From: a virus
IMG/VR virus record: IMGVR_UViG_3300021962_000066
Coordinates: 1 to 64,000 of that record
Direction: 5' to 3' (one strand)
DNA: 64,000 bases
Under the pieces are notes generated by a model, which saw only the letters and a list, made by a program, of their open reading frames with translations, ran no database searches and was not told the DNA's origin. Within the stretch, counting starts at the first letter, position 1, and each line of letters begins with the position of its first letter. This document shows, in pieces, positions 7,905 through 16,223 of this stretch. A program made the translations under genes and the position numbers.

Positions 7905-8007
7905 CCCGACCGAATTCTATTGATTGTTCCTTCTCGATATATTATTATAAATAAAGAATTAAGAATGAATCTTAATTAAGAAACAAAAGAAAGAAAAAAC
8001 AAAAATG
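7905..8007 (+). repeat. Promoter/leader repeat family B, copy 2
   Basis: 96 nt identical to copy 1. Confidence 0.95.
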
Positions 8008-8163
8008 AAAATCGTAATAGAGGTGAATGATGAATGGCTCAATAAGCAAGTAGAGAAACAAGAGAGACCGCTTAAAGTGATTAAGGATGATGTAAAGAAC
8101 TTCTTTACTGATTATGCAAAGAATCCAGATCTGCTTATTGACCGAGGAGTGTTCAACTACTAA
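8005..8163 (+). CDS. 52-aa cassette protein (not in ORF track)
   Basis: MKIVIEVNDEWLNKQVEKQERPLKVIKDDVKNFFTDYAKNPDLLIDRGVFNY*, begins at the end of repeat B2. Confidence 0.75.
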   Translation: MKIVIEVNDEWLNKQVEKQERPLKVIKDDVKNFFTDYAKNPDLLIDRGVFNY

Positions 8164-8210
8164 GCACCTTACCTGGCACGCAATACTGAATGATTAGCAG
8201 AGGGAAAGCT

Positions 8211-8317
8211 TTAATTTCCCGACCGAATTCTATTGATTGTTCCCTTTGGATATATTATTATATATATTATTAAGAATGAATCTTAATAAAGAAATAAAAG
8301 AAAGAAAAAACAAAATG
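8211..8317 (+). repeat. Promoter/leader repeat family B, copy 3
   Basis: Same GAATTC/TTGATT/TATTAT/AAGAATGAATCTTAAT...CAAAATG layout with some substitutions. Confidence 0.95.
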
Positions 8318-8605
8318 AACAAATACAAGAAAGTGACAGTGTATACGGAATACGCAGAGAATTCCATTCAGGACATTAAAGTGTTTAGGTTGGGGCTCCT
8401 CCTTACGGGACCGAACGAGATTACGGCAAAGGACATGGACTGCGGAACAGGAATCACGATGATGATCCCCGAGGGTGATAAATGGTATGACAAAGTGGAC
8501 TCACAACAGGTAAAGGGAGGATGGGATGCAGAGGCATTCGCAGAATGGGACACATTGTGCAGCAATATTGGCAACTCAAAGGACTTTATGGTAGGACAAA
8601 TGTAA
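8315..8605 (+). CDS. Hypothetical cassette protein (start moved to ATG 8315)
   Basis: ATG at the end of repeat B3. Confidence 0.8.
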   Translation: MNKYKKVTVYTEYAENSIQDIKVFRLGLLLTGPNEITAKDMDCGTGITMMIPEGDKWYDKVDSQQVKGGWDAEAFAEWDTLCSNIGNSKDFMVGQM

Positions 8606-8629
8606 GGTAACTAATAAGGAAACAACAAA

Positions 8630-8824
8630 ATGAATAATAATAAAATTAAGATGGGTGTGGTAGAGGTTGATGGTATTAAGATTGGAGATAATGTGGGAGA
8701 TGGAAGGGTGGTAGGGTTTAGAGAAGTAAATGGAGTGTGGAAGGTAGATATGGTGGAGTGTGGTGATGAGGGCTGGACTTTTGATATTGAAGAGGTAACT
8801 AATATTGGAGATGTAACTATATAA
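8630..8824 (+). CDS. Hypothetical 64-aa protein from an almost cytosine-free gene
   Basis: AAGGA SD-like sequence plus ACAAAATG start; followed by the repeated terminator. Confidence 0.75.
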   Translation: MNNNKIKMGVVEVDGIKIGDNVGDGRVVGFREVNGVWKVDMVECGDEGWTFDIEEVTNIGDVTI

Positions 8825-8837
8825 GATTAATAGAGGG

Positions 8838-8870
8838 AGCTCCATCTGGTAATTCAGATGGAGCTTTTTT
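8838..8870 (+). terminator. Intrinsic terminator, same 22-nt core as 7852-7873
   Basis: AGCTCCATCTGGTAATTCAGATGGAGCT plus T-run. Confidence 0.8.
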
Positions 8871-9007
8871 ATTAGGCACATCGGCGTAGGAGTGCAGAAG
8901 GAAAGCTGATCACCGTATACAAGAGACTTATTGAAACAAACTCAAACATTTAAAATAGTTGTTGCACTTCTAAGATAAACGAGCTATTATCTTAATATTA
9001 ATTAAAT

Positions 9008-9355
9008 ATGAATATAAAAATTCTTCACACCCTTCCGTTAATAGTTGTTATAGTTTGTTTATATATTGTTTTTACTGTAGAGCAAAAAATAAATATAGAC
9101 CAGTCTAATCAAACTGATACAAAAAATCAGAAAGAGTTTAATACCTCGCCAGATGTTACCAAAAAAACATATGAAGTTATTTGGTATACCGATGCAGCTC
9201 CTACCCTCTTTAAGACAGATAAGCTCAGGACAGCTTTAGACTATATCATAACTTATCGTAAGTATCACGAAATGTATCTTAAGATTACAGACGACGAAGC
9301 AAGTTGGACATTGTATGTACCCACGAACGAGGTTGGCCAGCTAGGCTTTGACTGA
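9008..9355 (+). CDS. Membrane-anchored hypothetical protein
   Basis: N-terminal hydrophobic helix LPLIVVIVCLYIVF; TTGCAC...TATTAT promoter upstream. Confidence 0.7.
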   Translation: MNIKILHTLPLIVVIVCLYIVFTVEQKINIDQSNQTDTKNQKEFNTSPDVTKKTYEVIWYTDAAPTLFKTDKLRTALDYIITYRKYHEMYLKITDDEASWTLYVPTNEVGQLGFD

Positions 9356-9367
9356 CTGTAGACTAGT

Positions 9368-9436
9368 AACCCTTTGCAGGGGATGTCTTATATAGGTTTA
9401 TTCTTTTACCCTATTTAAGACTCCTGCAAAGGGTTC
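9368..9436. terminator. Long imperfect hairpin between convergent gene blocks
   Basis: AACCCTTTGCAGG / CCTGCAAAGGGTT outer stem with GTCTTA...TAAGAC inner stem. Confidence 0.65.
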
Positions 9437-9514
9437 CACTTTTCTTTTAAGCAACCGGCTCGACTGTCTGACAGCTTTGACCCTAAACCCTACTGAGGGC
9501 TGCTTCGTATAGGT

Positions 9515-9706
9515 TTAATCTTCCCAGTACGGCTCGTCTAGCTCGCGATAGTCGCCTTCAGGTTGTCCGATTCCGCAGTTGTCTCTAAACTTGCTGCAGC
9601 AATCCAGGCACAGTCTCCCGGCGTATACTCCAAACGAGTACCGCACATCTACGTTCTTCGTTGAGCCGCACGAAGTGCAGTCATCTTGTTCGTTATCAAT
9701 TTTCAT
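9515..9706 (-). CDS. Small Cys-rich (zinc-finger-like) protein
   Basis: CTSC and CLDC pairs; AAGGA SD plus ACAAAATG start. Confidence 0.7.
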   Translation of the reverse strand: MKIDNEQDDCTSCGSTKNVDVRYSFGVYAGRLCLDCCSKFRDNCGIGQPEGDYRELDEPYWED

Positions 9707-9728
9707 TTTGTCTTCCTTTTTATTTAAC

Positions 9729-9926
9729 TCACTCTTTAATCTTAATTAACTTCCTACCGCCACTTAATAAAACTTCCTCTTTAATATTATATACCCAGTC
9801 ACTGCCGTGCACCTCACCCACTATGCCTTTTAGTTTTATAGACTTAATCGGGTATCCATCTCCTCCATAGAAGCCTTCGCACTTAAACTTTCCCTTCACT
9901 ATTAGCCATCCATTTTTTATTTTCAT
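9729..9926 (-). CDS. Hypothetical cassette protein (start moved to 9926)
   Basis: ATG at the end of inverted repeat B4; MKIKNGWL... Confidence 0.75.
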   Translation of the reverse strand: MKIKNGWLIVKGKFKCEGFYGGDGYPIKSIKLKGIVGEVHGSDWVYNIKEEVLLSGGRKLIKIKE

Positions 9927-10016
9927 TTTGTTTTTTCTTTCTTTTATTTCTTTATTAAGATTCATTCTTAATAATATATATAATAATATATTGAGAGGGA
10001 ACAGTCAAGAGAATTC
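9924..10016 (-). repeat. Promoter/leader repeat family B, copy 4 (inverted)
   Basis: Reverse complement reads GAATTC..TTGACT-17-TATTAT...AAGAATGAATCTTAATAAAGAAATAAAAGAAAGAAAAAACAAAATG, leader identical to copy 3. Confidence 0.95.
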
Positions 10017-10145
10017 CATAAGGATATTAAGAGGGATTACAATATTTAATTTAATTCCTTATGTGGTGCAGATCAAATGTCAATATAAAAAACAAAATAA
10101 AATACCCAGCTCGTTTCCAAGCTGGGTACCTTATTATTATTATTA

Positions 10146-10499
10146 TTAAAGTCTAATAATAATATCCATTTCGGGGACCCCATATGTAGCATTATATGTT
10201 ACATATAAGTAATCAACTTCCTCATCTTTTAATTTTTTCATTAACGGGCCCATATACGTTATGCCACTTCCATCTACCATCTCTTGTAGCAATCTCGTTC
10301 TCGCGGCTCTTATCTCTTCGCAGTCCATCTTCATATCCATCATCATTGTATTAATCAGTTCACTTAGCATCCCCCCTCCCTCGTGCTCTCCATTTTTCTC
10401 TAATATTACCTGATCCAATACCGAGTGCATTACCTCACTAAGATGTACCTTCTTAGTTGCCATATCGTAACCTAATTCTTTTCTTATTTCTTTTTTCAT
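10146..10499 (-). CDS. Hypothetical cassette protein
   Basis: ATG at the end of inverted repeat B5; terminator-like hairpin TACCCAGC..GCTGGGTA at about 10103-10128. Confidence 0.8.
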   Translation of the reverse strand: MKKEIRKELGYDMATKKVHLSEVMHSVLDQVILEKNGEHEGGGMLSELINTMMMDMKMDCEEIRAARTRLLQEMVDGSGITYMGPLMKKLKDEEVDYLYVTYNATYGVPEMDIIIRL

Positions 10500-10587
10500 T
10501 TTGTTTTTTCTTTTTGTTTTCTTTATTAAGATTCATTCTTAATAATATATATAATAATATATTAAGAGGGAACAATCGAGAGAATTC
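10497..10587 (-). repeat. Promoter/leader repeat family B, copy 5 (inverted)
   Basis: Same layout as copy 4. Confidence 0.95.
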
Positions 10588-10930
10588 GAGAGGGTTATCA
10601 AGAGGGAATGTCATAAGGGCTAACAGAATGAATAAACTTTTATTAATAGTTCCTTATAGGGTGCATATCAAATGTCAATATACTATAACGTCCTGCGGAA
10701 GGATATATAATTAATATTAAATTATAAAGGGGCATTCGAGAGTGAACTATTAATAAAAAGTTTTTTAATATATATATCCCTCTACGAATCTATGCCGATA
10801 TCCTCCTGCAGAGGGTAGTAGGGTCTAGAAACCAAGAGGGTTCCTAGAAAGCGCGTGGGATAGAGACCCTAAGTACGGAAATTTGTACTATATAGAAAGC
10901 CTTTTTTTTTGCGTAGAGAGCCCATGGCCA

Positions 10931-11030
10931 AATTTTTTAGCGATTTTCCTGACAAAATGCTATAATGGCTTTCCCGTAAAAATTTTTTAGCGATTTTCCT
11001 GACAAAATGCTATAATGGCTTTCTTGTAAA
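10931..11030. repeat. Tandem duplication of a 50-bp unit
   Basis: AATTTTTTAGCGATTTTCCTGACAAAATGCTATAATGGCTTTC.. at 10931 and 10981, 2 mismatches. Confidence 0.9.
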
Positions 11031-11055
11031 AAATTTTTTTTTAGTAATTTTTTTG

Positions 11056-11063
11056 TATAAATA
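11056..11063 (+). promoter_or_regulatory. T4-type late promoter TATAAATA (representative; others at 11909, 15570, 56005 on + and 13405, 15020, 58847, 61263 on -)
   Basis: Exact T4 gp55-dependent late consensus just upstream of ATGs of structural or virion-type genes. Confidence 0.8.
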
Positions 11064-11069
11064 CTATAT

Positions 11070-11855
11070 ATGCTGTCTTACGCCCGATTCTATCTTCAAT
11101 GTGAGGCTTATTCACGTCGCGGGTTTCTTAGCGCATTGACGAGGGGTATGATCGGGTTGAATGTAGCGGCATCTGCTCTCACCCTCCCGACCGCCATTCC
11201 AAGTACTAAGTGGGTAAAGAGTCTATGGGCAGGCTTAGACTTTGAATTTGATGAAGTCGTTCAAACTGGTATACCCGATCTTAGTAAACTGACTAAGATC
11301 GGCGACGGCACTTATATTGATCTCACACAATCTCATGCAGTTTTTTGGCCTATATACTCTCAGCCGGGTGCACCAATAGGGTCTATTTTAGCATCAACTC
11401 GAGGTGGTGAATGGACCGATGCCCACTCCCACCTTGCAGACCTATTACATCGTCAGACTAGCTTAGCATCATTCAATAGCCCCGAGTGGGTTAGGAGGGC
11501 TTTTAGTGCTGAAGGAGTACAGCGAGGAGGCGCCCGAAATACTTTGCGTGAGTTTAGAGCCTTACAACAGAATTACGTTGACATAACCGGTCTACCGGTT
11601 CCACCTGAAGCTCGTAAAATCATCGCGGTCGAGAGAAAGAAGATTATGCAGTTTGTGGCTGATGAGAGAAGTGCTCGTAACAAAAAGTCACAGGATAAAA
11701 AGCGACAGGATAAAAAGCGGACGGTCGGAGTGGGTCGTCTAGCTCTAAAGACTCCTGCTATGCTGAAACAACCGTATCGCTATGACCCTGATGTTTCAGA
11801 CGAACATCGAGAGGATGATATGGTCAGAGATATAGGTGAAGCGGTGAAACAGTGA
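11070..11855 (+). CDS. Late protein with twin-arginine-like motif near the N-terminus
   Basis: Late promoter; SRRGFL followed by a hydrophobic/Ala-rich stretch. Confidence 0.7.
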   Translation: MLSYARFYLQCEAYSRRGFLSALTRGMIGLNVAASALTLPTAIPSTKWVKSLWAGLDFEFDEVVQTGIPDLSKLTKIGDGTYIDLTQSHAVFWPIYSQPGAPIGSILASTRGGEWTDAHSHLADLLHRQTSLASFNSPEWVRRAFSAEGVQRGGARNTLREFRALQQNYVDITGLPVPPEARKIIAVERKKIMQFVADERSARNKKSQDKKRQDKKRTVGVGRLALKTPAMLKQPYRYDPDVSDEHREDDMVRDIGEAVKQ

Positions 11856-11933
11856 GGTACATCCTGGGCCGGAGTTTAAGACTGCTATAGCAAAAAAACT
11901 AGAATCTATATAAATACTTCTACAATAATCCCT

Positions 11934-12854
11934 ATGGATAATTTTAAGACGTTTTATTTAGAGGCGACCAGAGACAATCCGCTGTTAAAACCTATGATTA
12001 CTCCCCCGGACGGTAGTAAGGGGTTTTCATTATACCCTGGTAAGATTACTAATAGAAAGAAAGAGTTTGAGAGCCTGATTAAAACTTTTAAACATTTATC
12101 TAAATCGAGAGGGCGCGAGAATATTAATATAGCATCGTTTCCTTATCAATATGGTTTCGAAAGAGAATATATTAATCAACTCCAAAAACCGGTGACTATA
12201 TGGGTGTTTGAAAGAGCATCAAAAAAATTCAAGCTTAAAGAAGGTGCGAGTTTTATAAAAAACCACCCAGGCTCTAAGGTAATGATGCCTCATAAGCATT
12301 TTTGGAATTATATTCTAGATATAGACCAAATTAAATGGTACTCTTTAAATAATAATAATCAGCAGTCAAACTCCTTTTCGTTACTACGCAAATCAATTGA
12401 CATAATTGACTTAGACTATACTTCCATAATTGATCCAATAAAGTTTACTGAGATAAGTACGATGTGGGATGACTACCTGAGTACTGGTGGGGTAATGCTA
12501 GTTACATTACCTTATAATAGTCGGGGTAGTGATAAAATACCTAAACATATAAATTTCCTTAAGCGTGATTTATCAGCTGATCAGTATAAAAAAATGGTTG
12601 CGGATTTCGATATAAAAAATCTAAAATTATCGCAGAAGAACACTAGAAAACATTATAGCATATCGACCGACCTTGGTCTAGGCGGAACTAAAAATTTTCT
12701 CGCTAAAGCAGAAAATATGACGAATAATATTAATAAAATTATTGAAGACTATACCGGTGTTGAACCGATATATGCTAGTACCTATCGCGGCGCTAAAGGT
12801 ACTCCTCAGAGTACCCTGATGATCAGATTGGCGTACGTGAAGGAGGAAAATTGA
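11934..12854 (+). CDS. Late protein, possible class I SAM-methyltransferase-like fold
   Basis: IDIIDLDY and LSTGGVMLVTL resemble MTase strands 4/5; late promoter; MDNFKTFYLE N-terminus. Confidence 0.5.
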   Translation: MDNFKTFYLEATRDNPLLKPMITPPDGSKGFSLYPGKITNRKKEFESLIKTFKHLSKSRGRENINIASFPYQYGFEREYINQLQKPVTIWVFERASKKFKLKEGASFIKNHPGSKVMMPHKHFWNYILDIDQIKWYSLNNNNQQSNSFSLLRKSIDIIDLDYTSIIDPIKFTEISTMWDDYLSTGGVMLVTLPYNSRGSDKIPKHINFLKRDLSADQYKKMVADFDIKNLKLSQKNTRKHYSISTDLGLGGTKNFLAKAENMTNNINKIIEDYTGVEPIYASTYRGAKGTPQSTLMIRLAYVKEEN

Positions 12855-13395
12855 CTCTACTCAGAATATTCTTTAATGCAAAGACCAGGGCTGCGCCCAC
12901 TACACCTTTGAGTAGATCAGTTATGTTGTCTAGCCCTATACCGGACTTGGCGATATAACTAGTAATAGTATTAACTACAGGTACCATTAACACGGTGTAG
13001 CCTAATACATTAGACAGATCTACGCCTACACCTGCAGCATTCTTTACCAGGCGTCTTACCACCTTTATAAATGTCACACATCTCTTTAGATACTGAAATA
13101 ACTGTTTTTCCTTGACTAATGCTACCAGTTTTTTATAGTCAGGCTGCCGGGTCACATATGCAAGTGACGCTATTATTAATAGAATTACTTCAGTTTTATT
13201 GAGAGATGCATTAGAATTAGACAACAGTTCATTCACGGGTCTGATTAAGGCTGCAACTCCGGTACCGTATGTTGCGGTAAAGAAAGTGTTGATATTTAAA
13301 TCAGCATATATCTGTTTTATGAGCGAACTGTCGTTCTCCGACTGATTCTCCCTTACCAGTAGATACTGTTCAAATATGAGATGTTTATCGGACAT
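12823..13395 (-). CDS. Late hydrophobic protein, putative virion/internal protein
   Basis: Late promoter; D..LIFEQY N-terminal tag; several hydrophobic helices. Confidence 0.7.
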   Translation of the reverse strand: MSDKHLIFEQYLLVRENQSENDSSLIKQIYADLNINTFFTATYGTGVAALIRPVNELLSNSNASLNKTEVILLIIASLAYVTRQPDYKKLVALVKEKQLFQYLKRCVTFIKVVRRLVKNAAGVGVDLSNVLGYTVLMVPVVNTITSYIAKSGIGLDNITDLLKGVVGAALVFALKNILSRVNFPPSRTPI

Positions 13396-13407
13396 GTACG
13401 TGTATAT

Positions 13408-14415
13408 TTATAGATTCTGCGAGTTTCTTAGACCGGCTTGGTAATTCTGGTACTGTACAGGATCTTTTCTTAATAGCGCTTCTGCCTCCGGCCACACACC
13501 ATTAAGAAGCGAACTAGCATAACGTCCTGCGGCATAACCATTTGTCATTATCGTAGACTCTGCTTCCGGCCATCTACCTCCAATCATTTCTATAGCGTAG
13601 TCTACTGCTTCTGCTGGACGCTTTATTATGGTAAGCTCTGCTTCAGGCCATCTATCTCCAATGATGTCTCGAGCATAATCATGTGCAAGTACCGAATGTG
13701 TACTTATCAAATGTTCACCTTCAGGCCATCTACCCTGAATGACGTTTACAGCGTAATCATATGCAGTATAAGGTGACGATAGAGCGAAGACCGACATTTC
13801 CTGCTTAGTATAGGGAACGGATTGGAAAATCCTTTCCGGTAAGCTATATAATGATAATATCTTTTGGATATCTGCATCTTTGTTATCTTTATCTTTTATC
13901 TCTCCGTACTCGCCATCCTTACTCTTTAGAATTGCAAACTTCTCGATACCGGTTTTCGGCAGCACGAAGTATATAGTAAAATCATTATTTACATAGGTAT
14001 AAAACTGATTACCATCACCATTATCATCAATAATGTTTCCTAAATTATCCTTACTATCATCATAAGAGACACACCATTTAGCCTTTCTACCGTGCTTAAT
14101 TGAAGCCTCCTTTGTTCTAATAAGTAGCACTATGGCTTTGTCGTTCTCGAAAACATTAATAGCTCCCTTAGTTACCTTCTCGCGTTCCGTTGTTACTGCT
14201 CCTATTGCAGCTTCTAGCTCTTCTATGTTGTCGTAGGTAAATATATCTTTCTTTGCTAAAGTTCCTTCGACCTCGTTGAAGCGGTTAATGAGGGATCGCG
14301 CTGCAGGCTCATCAACACCGTACTTGGTGATTAAGCGCTGAACGTTTGCTTTTGATACTGCGAGCTCAGTAAGCAGTTTGTATGACTCCCAAATTAATTT
14401 GCAGTCGGTATTCAC
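13408..14415 (-). CDS. Late protein with KWC motif and C-terminal GRWPEAE repeats, putative internal head protein
   Basis: D..LIWESY tag, KAKWCVS, four approx. 26-aa A..YA..(I/V)..GRWPEAE repeats. Confidence 0.75.
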   Translation of the reverse strand: MNTDCKLIWESYKLLTELAVSKANVQRLITKYGVDEPAARSLINRFNEVEGTLAKKDIFTYDNIEELEAAIGAVTTEREKVTKGAINVFENDKAIVLLIRTKEASIKHGRKAKWCVSYDDSKDNLGNIIDDNGDGNQFYTYVNNDFTIYFVLPKTGIEKFAILKSKDGEYGEIKDKDNKDADIQKILSLYSLPERIFQSVPYTKQEMSVFALSSPYTAYDYAVNVIQGRWPEGEHLISTHSVLAHDYARDIIGDRWPEAELTIIKRPAEAVDYAIEMIGGRWPEAESTIMTNGYAAGRYASSLLNGVWPEAEALLRKDPVQYQNYQAGLRNSQNL

Positions 14416-14494
14416 GTACTAATACTTAATAAGAGACACAAAAAAAAAACTAGAACTTATTACAGTTCTAGTTTTTTTTGTCCTTTATATTAAA

Positions 14495-15010
14495 TTAAGC
14501 GAGTATGTCGTCAATGGCATTAGCATTGAGCTCTTTAGCTACTCTAATTGATCTGTGGCCTGAAGTCTTGCTCATGCCCATCTCATCTTTGATGATGTCA
14601 TTGTCGAGAAGTACCCGCTGAAGCACCCGTGCAGTAAAGCCTGCATTAGTCTTACCCATACCGATTCTGACAAGAATCTTAGCGATCTCAGCCTTCATTG
14701 CTTCGCGGTCACCCGGAAATACACTGTTCGGCTGAGCAGTAAGGAAATTAAGTAATGCAGCAGAAACTTTGGTACCTACGTCACCGTGAGATTCTTTGGC
14801 GAAGCCTTTAAGATAATAGTCGCCTACCCCCGCTTCAGCGTCTTTCGTGGCGCCACTTGTAGATTTAGGCTTCTTAAAAATATCAGGGCCCTTGGTCGCA
14901 AGTCCCGCTGCACCACCAGTAATCTCAGTAGGTGGCATATTTTCGGATATAACCTTACCAATCACCTTGGTGTAGGCTTCTGTAAGTGTCGCGCGCTCGT
15001 TATTAGTCAT
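14495..15010 (-). CDS. Late hypothetical protein
   Basis: Late promoter at 15020; LTEAY tag; terminator hairpin at about 14441-14479. Confidence 0.75.
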   Translation of the reverse strand: MTNNERATLTEAYTKVIGKVISENMPPTEITGGAAGLATKGPDIFKKPKSTSGATKDAEAGVGDYYLKGFAKESHGDVGTKVSAALLNFLTAQPNSVFPGDREAMKAEIAKILVRIGMGKTNAGFTARVLQRVLLDNDIIKDEMGMSKTSGHRSIRVAKELNANAIDDILA

Positions 15011-15061
15011 ATATGTAATTATTTATACTTCGATTACTATTTATTTTTGTATAATGTCAAA

Positions 15062-15526
15062 TTAATAATAGGTTTCTATATAGCTAGCAATTACACTACC
15101 TGGAGATATAGCCATAATCGCACCGGTAAAATCAAGCGTAATACTCTGCCCGCCTGAGAGAACCATCCCACTATTTATAGTAAAAGTAGGGGCACTTACA
15201 CCTACTGTCATTGTAGTGCTGGCAGTATCATTATTTCTAATTATTACAGTTTTACGAGTAGATCGAGCTGCAAGAATAACGGATGCTGATGTGCTAACTC
15301 CGACCTGACCGTTGGCCATATAGGGAGCACCGATTGGTGAATTTACCTGGTACGTCAATAAAGCATGCCGATCGTAATATTCGTTGTAAGGGATTATATC
15401 AGGACGAATAACGGTAATTTGTGGGAATTCCGTGTTACCAGCTAAGATTGGTACATACGCCGATGGCTCCGATAAGGCGGGCTGATTAACCTTCCCGACA
15501 TTTAACTGAGATAGATTTAAACTCAT
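15062..15526 (-). CDS. Putative virion structural protein (beta-rich)
   Basis: RKTVIIRNN...G..LSGGQSITLD pattern typical of small phage structural proteins. Confidence 0.65.
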   Translation of the reverse strand: MSLNLSQLNVGKVNQPALSEPSAYVPILAGNTEFPQITVIRPDIIPYNEYYDRHALLTYQVNSPIGAPYMANGQVGVSTSASVILAARSTRKTVIIRNNDTASTTMTVGVSAPTFTINSGMVLSGGQSITLDFTGAIMAISPGSVIASYIETYY

Positions 15527-15586
15527 AAAAGTACTTAATGCATATTATCGATTTTTCGGTAAGGCTATCTATAAATAACTGTATAT

Positions 15587-16219
15587 ATGCTCACCGAGCA
15601 AAAGAATATATGGAGGCTGTACAACGAAGCTCGTCGAGTCGAGGGGGAAAAGGTACAAGGGCTAGAGAGATTTATCGAGTGGATTGACTTGGCAAAGGAG
15701 AGCGAAGTATCACCTGAACTGCTCGGAGACGTAATGTCAATAATAGAGCGTTCCGGTTGTCCGAGTATTAGGTTTGAAAAACTCCGAGGTGCTTTAGGCA
15801 TTAGTCTGACGACCGCATGCATAGTTAATAGTTCGACTCTTAGCGATACTATTCAGCAGCTATTCTATGTAATCTTTCACGAGATCGCTCATCAATACCA
15901 ATACACTAAACATGGTGAAGAATTTGCGGAGGCTGTATATTTTGGTAATGGTGACCCCAGGGTTGGTGCACGATTGCTACTTAAAATAGAAAATACTGCT
16001 GATCGGTATGCTTATAGAATTGTTAAGCATCTTTTCAAAAAGCATGGCTTACCATTCAATGAGAGGACTTTTTATCTATTATATAAACACCAGAGCCCTG
16101 AAAGTTTATCTACATATATTAATAGCCTAAGAAGTGCAATTAGTCAAAATAATTTAACTAATGTTCACGAGGTAAATGATTTGATTTATAATATGGTAAA
16201 GGGTAAATTAAAAGAATAA
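15587..16219 (+). CDS. HExxH metallopeptidase-like late protein
   Basis: IFHEIAHQYQY and E..ADRYA; late promoter at 15570. Confidence 0.7.
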   Translation: MLTEQKNIWRLYNEARRVEGEKVQGLERFIEWIDLAKESEVSPELLGDVMSIIERSGCPSIRFEKLRGALGISLTTACIVNSSTLSDTIQQLFYVIFHEIAHQYQYTKHGEEFAEAVYFGNGDPRVGARLLLKIENTADRYAYRIVKHLFKKHGLPFNERTFYLLYKHQSPESLSTYINSLRSAISQNNLTNVHEVNDLIYNMVKGKLKE

Positions 16220-16223
16220 CTTT

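Noticed and set aside
8276-8314. Conserved leader peptide MNLNKEIKERKNK at the start of the ORF-track proteins 8237 and 9965
   Set aside because: It is translation of the repeat; in copies 1-2 the same ATG hits a stop after four codons and in copy 5 it is out of frame, so it is not conserved as protein
7474-10587. Family-B repeats as a CRISPR array
   Set aside because: Repeats are about 100 bp, irregularly spaced, in both orientations, and separated by whole ORFs; no cas genes in the window
9928-10714. Plus-strand ORFs 9928-10149 and 10457-10714 with similar sequences
   Set aside because: Similarity comes from reading inverted repeats B4/B5 on the non-coding strand
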